From contig CP104013.1 of the NCBI GenBank assembly GCA_025839675.1, forward strand, positions 3,720,001 through 3,752,000: a DNA stretch of 32,000 nucleotides. Direction: 5' to 3'. Shown here one piece after another: positions 24,507-31,886 of the stretch. This DNA comes from Candidatus Lokiarchaeum ossiferum. Lineage in GTDB: Archaea; Asgardarchaeota; Lokiarchaeia; Sigyniarchaeales; Promethearchaeaceae. The position numbers were made by a program, and so were the translations under genes. Under the pieces are notes generated by a model. It was not told the DNA's origin. It made no database searches and saw only the letters and a program-made list of their open reading frames with translations. Each line of letters begins with the position of its first letter. The stretch's first letter is position 1.

Positions 24507-26561
24507 ATGGCTCAGCTTTCTAAAGATGAACTCTCAAATATTACCCTTTTTCTGGCTGAATGGGATGAAGCATTAGGACCGACGGTAAAAGATTATTTCA
24601 ATACGCTGGTCGAACTTGGTGATGTGGATATGATCGCCTTGAACATCTTTTCCACTTTTCAGATGGTTTTTGGGGAATCTACAGATGTATCATTCAAACG
24701 CACTGTTTTAACCATGCCCATGAATTCTCAAAAGGTAATTGCACGCATCGTTTTAGATATTATTCCTGATACTGATGTCCGAGGGGGATTTATGCCCTTC
24801 ATTGTCGTGATATTAATCCCAGATTTCCTTCCCGAAGATAAGATCTCTTCTTTTGATGAGATATTGGCAAAAATCGTCTCCAATTATAAAGAACATCATG
24901 GAATATCTCTCTCAAATTATAAAGGGGAGATTTTAAATGCGTTTTCCTTGGCTCAGCAAATTATTGAAGATCATATTTCAATAGATGTCTCCTATTCTTT
25001 AACCAGTGCAGTAGATGATTTTAAAAAAGGGGTAGGGTTATACAAACAGAAAAATTGGAACACTGCTTACATGCTCTTTCGTAAAGCTCTTCTGAAATTC
25101 CAGCAAGACAATCAAACTAAAATGGTTATGGAAGCAACATACCTCATTTCATCAATTTTAGTCCAACTGAAAAAGTTTCAACCCGCCTTGATCTATTACA
25201 CCAATCTTGTCCCCCTTGCTACTGAAATGTCTCATCAGAAGTATAAAGAGTTGGGATTGTTCATGCAGGGATTTTGTCATTATAAAATGCGAGATTTCAT
25301 GGATGCGATGGATACTTTTAACCAACTCCCTATTTTTCAATCCCAATTCGTGAATAAAGTTCAATATTTTTCTCTCAAAGGGCAAACCCAAGCGAATTTA
25401 CAAATGCATCAAGAAGCGATCGAAAGTTTAAGCCAAGCCTCCCTCTTGCTAAGTCAACAACCGGTGACCCAAATGTTGCAAAAACAACATGCCCAAATTT
25501 TGAATGATTTAGCTCTCCAATATTATAAAAGTGTAATTTCATTGTTAAAAACACAAGGCTTTTTTCACCATGCCCAAGGCGATGAATTACAAGATCAATT
25601 AAAAACCGCGATTTCGTATTATATTCGTGCTATATCTTTGTGGGATTTGCTGGGAGATTATAAAAATTCTATTCGAGCGCATCAAATGGTAGGAAATATC
25701 TATGGTTTTCTTCTTAATCCTTCCAAACAGTTGGATCATCTATTAACTGCTTTGGATAAGGTCGATCAGCTCAACAACTATGCTTTGAAACTTAATATTG
25801 CCTTCCAAATCGTGGAAATATATGAATCCTTAAAGGAATATGATGCAATAATTCATTTTCTGCAGAATTTAGGAGCTCAACTCACAAATAATGCTTTTGT
25901 GGATTTACTCTCGATTGCAAAAATTCATTTTCTAATTGGGAAAGCATTTATTGCTGTAGATCAACGAAGAAATGCGGCGGGGGAGCTGATTATGGCTATC
26001 AATAACTTAAAAAAGCTCAAGAATCCCGTTCCAGAAGAACTTGAAGCCCATTCTTTATTGATTGAACTATATAAAGAAGAACAAGACGAAACAAAGGTGG
26101 CATACTATACGGATCGGTTTGAAAAGTTGCAAAAGAAATACCACGCCATTCAACCCGTTTCTCTGAGTCGACTTGGTGTAATCAAGGATTTTTGGGTGTA
26201 TACTACCTCGGGATTAGAACTCTTCTCGCATGCTCCAGAAATAAAATTTGATCCCACCCTCTTAGGTGGATTTTTAACAGCCATGCAGTCCTTTTCCATG
26301 GAACTTAGTCAAACCGAATTACAGTCTTTGGTTATCGGAGGGTCGATTTATTCGTTTTATAACGAAGCAGGATCGGAATTCTATATCTTAGGCCGAACAA
26401 AATCCAACATCCCTCCCCACACCATTGAAGCTGCATTACAAAAGATTTACCACGCGTTCTCAAAGGAATTTAAGGCAGATTTGGTGTCTTTTTCTGGAAA
26501 TACGATTGCCTTCAGACGTTTTAAAGATGTTCTTAAACAATTAGATTTAAGCTTAATTTAA
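24507..26561 (+). CDS. Longin/uDENN-like - TPR-like - longin/roadblock-like protein (putative small-GTPase regulator)
   Basis: The N-terminus reads ITLFLAEWDEALGPTVKDYF...PFIVVILIP (W/F-D-E-x-x-G-P type). aa 165-545 are TPR-like helical repeats (GVGLYKQKNWNTAYMLFRKAL...). The C-terminus (aa 556-680) reads VIKDFWVYTTSGLELFSH...DPTLLGGFLTAMQSFSMEL...FYILGR. The stop lies 25 nt before the GTPase ATG. Confidence 0.55.
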   Translation: MAQLSKDELSNITLFLAEWDEALGPTVKDYFNTLVELGDVDMIALNIFSTFQMVFGESTDVSFKRTVLTMPMNSQKVIARIVLDIIPDTDVRGGFMPFIVVILIPDFLPEDKISSFDEILAKIVSNYKEHHGISLSNYKGEILNAFSLAQQIIEDHISIDVSYSLTSAVDDFKKGVGLYKQKNWNTAYMLFRKALLKFQQDNQTKMVMEATYLISSILVQLKKFQPALIYYTNLVPLATEMSHQKYKELGLFMQGFCHYKMRDFMDAMDTFNQLPIFQSQFVNKVQYFSLKGQTQANLQMHQEAIESLSQASLLLSQQPVTQMLQKQHAQILNDLALQYYKSVISLLKTQGFFHHAQGDELQDQLKTAISYYIRAISLWDLLGDYKNSIRAHQMVGNIYGFLLNPSKQLDHLLTALDKVDQLNNYALKLNIAFQIVEIYESLKEYDAIIHFLQNLGAQLTNNAFVDLLSIAKIHFLIGKAFIAVDQRRNAAGELIMAINNLKKLKNPVPEELEAHSLLIELYKEEQDETKVAYYTDRFEKLQKKYHAIQPVSLSRLGVIKDFWVYTTSGLELFSHAPEIKFDPTLLGGFLTAMQSFSMELSQTELQSLVIGGSIYSFYNEAGSEFYILGRTKSNIPPHTIEAALQKIYHAFSKEFKADLVSFSGNTIAFRRFKDVLKQLDLSLI

Positions 26562-26586
26562 TTCAATATATGTGGGGGAAAATTCA

Positions 26587-27087
26587 ATGAAACGACTTAA
26601 AATTGTTGTATTAAGGTTGGATCGCGCAGGAAAAACGGTGTTAGTAAACTATTTGATCTCAAAAAAGGTTGAAACTCAATTTCGACCCACTTTAACCTTT
26701 TCAATTAAAAGACTGAAATTATCTGACCGCACAATTGTTTTTTGGGATGCTCCCGGTCAAAAAAATTTACGAGGAACTTGGATGGATAGTTTGAAAAAAG
26801 CGGATTGCTTGATATATTTAGTAGATGTCGGTGATTTAGATCGGTTGAATGAATCGGTACATGAATTTCATCAAATTGCACAAAATGTTGATAGTTTAGA
26901 CATACCTCTCATTTTCTGCTATCATAAAGTGGATCTTCCTTACATCGAGGAGAATTTAGAAGAATGTAAAAAGGCATTTGATCTTGAAGGGCTCTATAAT
27001 GGTAAAATATTTCAATTGAATACTTCAGTCCACAATTCTGATTCGATTAGTGCAGTAGAAGAAATCTTACTCACTTTTGATCAATAA
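26587..27087 (+). CDS. Arf-family-like small GTPase with deviant G1/G3/G4 motifs
   Basis: It aligns without gaps to the Arf core. RLDRAGKT corresponds to GLDAAGKT, WDAPGQKNLRGTW to WDVGGQDKIRPLW, ADCLIYLVDVGD to GLIFVVDSND, and HKVD to NKQD. ATG 26587 is preceded by GGGGG; the track start GTG 26572 is possible. Confidence 0.8.
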   Translation: MKRLKIVVLRLDRAGKTVLVNYLISKKVETQFRPTLTFSIKRLKLSDRTIVFWDAPGQKNLRGTWMDSLKKADCLIYLVDVGDLDRLNESVHEFHQIAQNVDSLDIPLIFCYHKVDLPYIEENLEECKKAFDLEGLYNGKIFQLNTSVHNSDSISAVEEILLTFDQ

Positions 27088-27463
27088 ATCTTCTTTCTTG
27101 GGTTTGTAAGTTAAATATATTATACCACACACCATCTATAATATTAGATCTAAAGCTAGTAATGATATCATCCCAATAATCACTGTTTTTTCATTGAAAA
27201 ATAGGATGGATCCCCTAAATCCAAAAGCGCATATAAGCAAGATAAATAAAACATTTCTAATAGTGGGGTTTAACTTTTTGCTGTTTGACTTACTATCATA
27301 AAAAATGAGCTCATTAATAGAATTACATAGCTTTATCTTCTATTAAAAAACTTTTCAGTAATTCATACTAACTATCCCCCAGAATTCATAATGCTTTAAA
27401 ATAATGGGGTTGTATGTGTATTTCTAGTTAAAGAGGAAACCAAATAGAGATGAAAAAAGCTTC

Positions 27464-28324
27464 TCAGACCTTTTTTTGATTACACAATATATTATTATAA
27501 ATAAAATCGATATTGGCTTGCAGAAGCTGCGCATCTTGAATCTCTCCATGCCCTGAAATGATTGTTTGAAATCCTTCCCTCTGTAACTGTTGTAATAAAT
27601 TTATTAATTTCTGAGGATTTGTTGAAAATGGCATCATAGCTGTTTCTAAATTGAGGTCGTTTAAATTAGCAAAAGTGATATCCCCAGCAAATAATACCCC
27701 TTGATTCCGGATTTTCACAATAATATCTTCCTTTGTATGGGCTTCCCCCACATTGCAAATTTCCACATTAAAATCTTTTCCATGAATAATGAGGGTACCT
27801 TCTAAAATCCAATCGGGGGTGCGTAGTTGGTAATCCTTTGCATCAATCATATCTAAAAAAGCCAGATCAGATTTCAATTTCTGCCTTTTATTTGGATCAT
27901 TTTCATTCTGGAGTTGTTTACAGTCTTCATTTCTTTCCTTTGCACTTTCTATTCGCCATTTGGTCAAATTGTTGTGGGTGTAAGTTTGAATTTGGTTAAC
28001 TGTGTGGTTTGATCCGAGAATTGGAATCGAAATGGGAATAAAGCTATTTCCTAATACATGATCAGTGTGGAAATGCGTAGAAACCACCATGAATGGGTAT
28101 CTTCCGGAGAATTTTAAACAGGCTCGTAATAAATCCTTGGTTGCACCTTGAATCATCCCTGTGTCAATTAATAATGTTTGCTCACCAAGATCGATGAATC
28201 CTCCATTTGCTCCAGCATACATATTTGGTTTTGTCTGAGTGGCATAAATCCCCTTCGCGATTTCACTAATTGTGAAATAGGGGGAATTAAATTCCATACT
28301 AGTGATGCCAGTTTTTAGTTTCAT
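27464..28324 (-). CDS. MBL-fold metallo-hydrolase
   Basis: HxHxDH motif in STHFHTDHVLG, with later ligand candidates in GEAHTKED, FAGD and SGHG. It overlaps the MFS stop by 26 nt, or begins at ATG 28297, 1 nt past that stop. Confidence 0.85.
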   Translation of the reverse strand: MKLKTGITSMEFNSPYFTISEIAKGIYATQTKPNMYAGANGGFIDLGEQTLLIDTGMIQGATKDLLRACLKFSGRYPFMVVSTHFHTDHVLGNSFIPISIPILGSNHTVNQIQTYTHNNLTKWRIESAKERNEDCKQLQNENDPNKRQKLKSDLAFLDMIDAKDYQLRTPDWILEGTLIIHGKDFNVEICNVGEAHTKEDIIVKIRNQGVLFAGDITFANLNDLNLETAMMPFSTNPQKLINLLQQLQREGFQTIISGHGEIQDAQLLQANIDFIYNNILCNQKKV

Positions 28325-29555
28325 TTTTCTTGCCTCGCCAGATTTCTAGTCCTAAAAAAACTCCAAACCCGATAGTAGAAATGATAGTGCCGATCACAAA
28401 AGCTAATCGATAAGCTTCCACTTCCAAGGTTCCTTCTGATATTAAACGATCTACCAACGGTCCAGTGATAATCGTTCCTGCTAATCCTGAAGAGAGGAAG
28501 AATGCCATATTATAATATGCAAATAATTTCCCCCGTTTTGTTTCTGGGATCAATTTTGCTACATATCCATATGAAGCCGTTGACAAAAGAACATATGAAC
28601 TTCCCCAAAGAAAACTTCCCACAAAAATTAAAACCACTTGAGTCGTGAACGCGGTTATTAACATAAAACCGATCAACATCAAAGTTGCCATAATCAAGGT
28701 CAAGGAATCTCCGAATTTTTTACTTAATATCCCTGCCATGAATCCTGTTAAAACTACTGCAAGAGATTGTGTGTTCATGATATAACTAAGAAGCTGACTA
28801 CTACAGTTAAATCCTGATTCCAAGACTAAAAACTGCGAGAAGATCGCAAAAATCGAATTTCTTCCCAGATTAATTAGCAATAAAGAAATTAAGAAGGTGG
28901 TAAAAATCTTTTTTTCCTTAGATGAAAGAGATCGAGAGGAATTGCTTTCTTGTTGATTTAATTTTGGATCACTGAATGTCTGCTTATAATTAATTCCACC
29001 TTCTGGAACCAAAAATCGCATTGGGATGATCGATATGAAGATGAAAATCACAGTGATATAAAACATGCTACCTTCCCGAAATCCCCATCCTTTGTAGAAC
29101 TTTCCAAATCCATTGTAGAGATATCCCCCAAAGAATACACCGATCATTCTTCCAACCCCACTTAAGGTTGTAATTCTGCCCAAAATCGTACTACGTTCTT
29201 TTTGGGGGTAAAGGTCACTTAATAAGGCAGTCCATCCGATATTGGACATCGACCAAAATATCTCGGTGATCGTTAATCCCCCTATGATAATATACCCCGC
29301 TAAAACCAAATTTGTTTGGAAAGCATGCAATATATAAAGGGATAAAATGAGAATTCCTGCAAATATTTCACCTGCAATGATTAGAGTTCGACGTTTTTGG
29401 AGACGATCTGATAATCGTCCCCAGATAAACGTTTGGAATATGGCACTAAACAGCATAGGGATTGTCACAAATAGTGTAGTTGCAGTTACGCTTAATCCTA
29501 GATAATTTCGCAAGTAGATCGATAAGTAGGTATAGAAAATCCCCCTTCGAAACAT
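28299..29555 (-). CDS. MFS transporter (N-terminus possibly incomplete)
   Basis: Motif A is WGRLSDRLQKRRTL, with many TM segments. The frame stays open 39 codons upstream (29556-29672) and encodes a TM1-like FDSVFLGLSSFQFLA. That extension contains no ATG, GTG or TTG. Confidence 0.8.
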   Translation of the reverse strand: MFRRGIFYTYLSIYLRNYLGLSVTATTLFVTIPMLFSAIFQTFIWGRLSDRLQKRRTLIIAGEIFAGILILSLYILHAFQTNLVLAGYIIIGGLTITEIFWSMSNIGWTALLSDLYPQKERSTILGRITTLSGVGRMIGVFFGGYLYNGFGKFYKGWGFREGSMFYITVIFIFISIIPMRFLVPEGGINYKQTFSDPKLNQQESNSSRSLSSKEKKIFTTFLISLLLINLGRNSIFAIFSQFLVLESGFNCSSQLLSYIMNTQSLAVVLTGFMAGILSKKFGDSLTLIMATLMLIGFMLITAFTTQVVLIFVGSFLWGSSYVLLSTASYGYVAKLIPETKRGKLFAYYNMAFFLSSGLAGTIITGPLVDRLISEGTLEVEAYRLAFVIGTIISTIGFGVFLGLEIWRGKKNETKNWHH

Positions 29556-29750
29556 TGCTAAAAACTGGAAGGAGGAGAGTCCTAAAAAGACAGAATCGAA
29601 TTTTTTCTCGGTTTCGGGTGACTTTATGATTGGAATTTTAGTTAAAGATTTGGATGTGAGCGCAGTTATGATTTAATCCTCCAAAGGATAAGAAAAAAAA
29701 TCAGGAATCCAAGGGGCACTTTCTAATATGTTTAATGCTATGACCGTTGT

Positions 29751-30074
29751 TTAGTTATCAAGGCGTTCCAATGTAAAAGAAACTGGTCTTATACCGTCTG
29801 TGCAACAAGAAATCATTTTTGGTGATTCTACCCAAGGAGAATGATCTCCTCCTAGGGCTAGCACTCTCACATCAGAATGGATGTCTTTCCAAGCATAAGA
29901 GCAGAATTTTTCGGGGCATTGCATGTTCGGTTCCACCATATACTCTTCACCCTCCTTGAAAGCTGTGCAAATCGTATATTTCTCGCCATTTGGTCTCGTT
30001 GGTACATCTCCATCAAAGATATATTCTGGAGTCACTCGTTTTAATACCGTTATTTTAACTCGATGTCGTGTCAT
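29751..30074 (-). CDS. Small Cys-containing protein, TIGR04076-like family, paralog 1
   Basis: 107 aa: RVKITVLKRV...YTICTAFKEGEEYMV...CPEKFCSYAW...GGD..PW...CCTDGIRPVSFTLERL. This matches my recollection of the uncharacterised TIGR04076 pattern. It is about half identical by eye to paralog 2. Confidence 0.7.
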   Translation of the reverse strand: MTRHRVKITVLKRVTPEYIFDGDVPTRPNGEKYTICTAFKEGEEYMVEPNMQCPEKFCSYAWKDIHSDVRVLALGGDHSPWVESPKMISCCTDGIRPVSFTLERLDN

Positions 30075-30099
30075 TGTTTTTCACTTCAATTTGTTTTTC

Positions 30100-30111
30100 A
30101 AAAAAAAAAAA
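30100..30111 (-). terminator. T12 tract (A12 on + strand) between TIGR04076-like paralogs 2 and 1
   Basis: Twelve consecutive T on the - strand begin 25 nt downstream of the paralog 2 stop and end 26 nt upstream of the paralog 1 ATG. Confidence 0.4.
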
Positions 30112-30135
30112 GTTGCATTTTCTATATATTTTTAA

Positions 30136-30465
30136 TTACTCATCTAATCGTTCTAGTTTAAAAGAAACTGGTCGAATTCCATCTGAACAGCATGCAATAG
30201 CGGTCCCTCGTTCAAGCCATGGATAGAAATCTCCTCCTCCTCGGATGGTAAGATATTCTTTGAAGAGATCCATCCATGCCCAATTGCAAAATCCTAGAGG
30301 ACATCGACTGGAATTATCAGCATCGACAATAAATTCTTGACCATCTTCAAGGGCTGTGCATATTTCATATTTTTCACCATTTGGCCGAGAGGGTACATCT
30401 CCATTAAAAATTATTGATGGATCGACTCGTTTCAATACGGTGATTTTTACACGCGAGTGTGTCAT
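30136..30465 (-). CDS. Small Cys-containing protein, TIGR04076-like family, paralog 2
   Basis: 109 aa: RVKITVLKRV...YEICTALEDGQEFIV...CPLGFCNWAW...GGGDFYPW...CCSDGIRPVSFKLERL. Confidence 0.7.
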   Translation of the reverse strand: MTHSRVKITVLKRVDPSIIFNGDVPSRPNGEKYEICTALEDGQEFIVDADNSSRCPLGFCNWAWMDLFKEYLTIRGGGDFYPWLERGTAIACCSDGIRPVSFKLERLDE

Positions 30466-30494
30466 TTTTATCAGTTTTATTTTCTATCAAAAAA

Positions 30495-31355
30495 TTAAAT
30501 GCCTTCTTTCATTGAATCATAAAATTCTCTTGAAGGATGGGTAAGATTACCCGCTATTCTGGTGTCATGTAAACAGCAAGAACAATATGGATCACCTTCC
30601 ATTATTGTGTGCTCCATGGTTAACCGGAAAGCAGGGTTACTATTATTATATCCCTGAAAATCTCCATAACACGCCACTAAGTATTTTAATTCCTGATCCG
30701 GTAAATCTTGGATAGCATCTTTCCACATACATGTGTCTTTGCGTTGAGGAAACTTTCCATCTTGGATTTTTCCGTGCAATATCACCCACCCAATGTTTGG
30801 TTTTTTTTTGTTACTTTGGATTGTTGCTGATCGAAATTCTTCCAAGCTTTTGATAGGGGGATTTTGAGGAGCAAAGCTTTTGACGTATTCTGTTACAAAT
30901 TCTTTGTAGAGGGAAATTCCTCTCACTCGATCTGTACTCTCAATTATTGACTGGACATTATAATAGCGAAATATCAGATAGGAACGTATATTGGCTCGAT
31001 TTGTGGTTTCAACTTCTGTGTTCAGGTCCATAATCCTAACAGGTATGTTCAAAATTTCTAAAGTCCGCCTTATTACTTGTTCTACGAGAAAAGGAAAATT
31101 CTCTAAAACTGGAAATTTCTGAAAAATTGGGGTTATATTGTAGGAGATTATTGATTTATCCATTGAAATTTTATCAAGTAAACTATTAACATATTTTTCT
31201 TTAAGAATGGGACTTTTTTTTCCCAAAAACTGAATTAAATAGGCAACACGGTTGAGAATATTCTCTTGCAGTTGATTTAATACATTTATTTTCTTCGAAT
31301 CAGCTAAATTTGAAATACTGTAGCTCCCAGTTTTTATTGTGCTCATAGTTATCAT
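30495..31355 (-). CDS. ATC-hydrolase-like (L-2-amino-thiazoline-4-carboxylic acid hydrolase family, PF14196-like) protein
   Basis: The C-terminal block DTCMWKDAIQDLPDQELKYLVACYGDFQGYNNSNPAFRLTMEHTIMEGDPYCSCCLHD fits the family pattern C..K......g.eeL..l.C..D......nP...l.R..Tl.eGd..C. The track ORF extends to 31409. ATG 31355 or 31346 avoids overlap with paralog 3. Confidence 0.6.
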   Translation of the reverse strand: MITMSTIKTGSYSISNLADSKKINVLNQLQENILNRVAYLIQFLGKKSPILKEKYVNSLLDKISMDKSIISYNITPIFQKFPVLENFPFLVEQVIRRTLEILNIPVRIMDLNTEVETTNRANIRSYLIFRYYNVQSIIESTDRVRGISLYKEFVTEYVKSFAPQNPPIKSLEEFRSATIQSNKKKPNIGWVILHGKIQDGKFPQRKDTCMWKDAIQDLPDQELKYLVACYGDFQGYNNSNPAFRLTMEHTIMEGDPYCSCCLHDTRIAGNLTHPSREFYDSMKEGI

Positions 31356-31362
31356 CAGAATG

Positions 31363-31674
31363 TTAAGTTGAAATTCTTTCGACTTTAAAACAAACGGGTC
31401 TAATTCCATCGGGACAGGCGGTATAGATCATGTCCTTTCCTGTCCATGTAGGAAATCCACCACCGCATTGCAAGATATTTACACTCTTATATAAACCATA
31501 CCAAGCATGATGGCAAAAGTCTTTTGGCATATCTCCCGATTCATCGACCAAAAACTCGCTTCCTTCCTCAAGCCAACAAATCGGAATGGGTCGTCCGTCT
31601 GCGCGAATGAAATCCTCGCCAATAACATCCTTCGGAGAGAATTTTTTCACAACGGTTATTTTTATTTGACTCAT
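31363..31674 (-). CDS. Small Cys-containing protein, TIGR04076-like family, paralog 3 (divergent)
   Basis: 103 aa: IKITVVKKF...IPICWLEEGSEFLV...PKDFCHHAW...CGGGFPTW...ACPDGIRPVCFKVERI. Confidence 0.65.
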   Translation of the reverse strand: MSQIKITVVKKFSPKDVIGEDFIRADGRPIPICWLEEGSEFLVDESGDMPKDFCHHAWYGLYKSVNILQCGGGFPTWTGKDMIYTACPDGIRPVCFKVERIST

Positions 31675-31886
31675 ATTGATATTCTTCCTATCCTAACGGT
31701 ATTTGGAATTTTTCGATAATTTACGAAATATTCAGTACTGTCGTGAAGATGATTATAGGAAGGAAAGAAAACTGTCTATAAAAATGTTTTGAAAAATTAA
31801 CATTATTTTCGAACGTATCAATATAGATGTTAATTGTGATCAATCAAAAATTTTTATTTTTACTTTTTTTGGAAATTAAGGAAGGA

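Noticed and set aside
27088-27463. Small reverse-strand membrane-like ORF pieces in the convergent spacer after the GTPase gene: MFYLSCLYALLDLGDPSYFSMKKQ* and VIIGMISLLALDLIL-TAG-MVCGIIYLTYKPKKED…. They include an in-frame TAG that could hint at stop-codon recoding.
   Set aside because: The pieces are 11-24 codons long, need a frameshift plus readthrough to join, and run into the GTPase 3' end. Nothing else in the window suggests amber recoding.
3852-31719. Shadow ORFs from the track that lie antisense to, or out of frame within, stronger genes: 3852-4061, 5415-5711, 8824-9138, 9172-9366, 17126-17329, 17202-17459, 17989-18225, 19087-19272, 19931-20209, 20037-20246, 20525-20728, 22055-22297, 22285-22476, 23773-23994, 25158-25391, 29923-30135, 30356-30544 and 31507-31719.
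   Set aside because: Each is fully or largely nested in a longer ORF that has clear family motifs. Their translations are low-complexity or Ser/Ile/Phe-rich, as expected for the complement of AT-rich coding sequence. None shows a recognisable motif.
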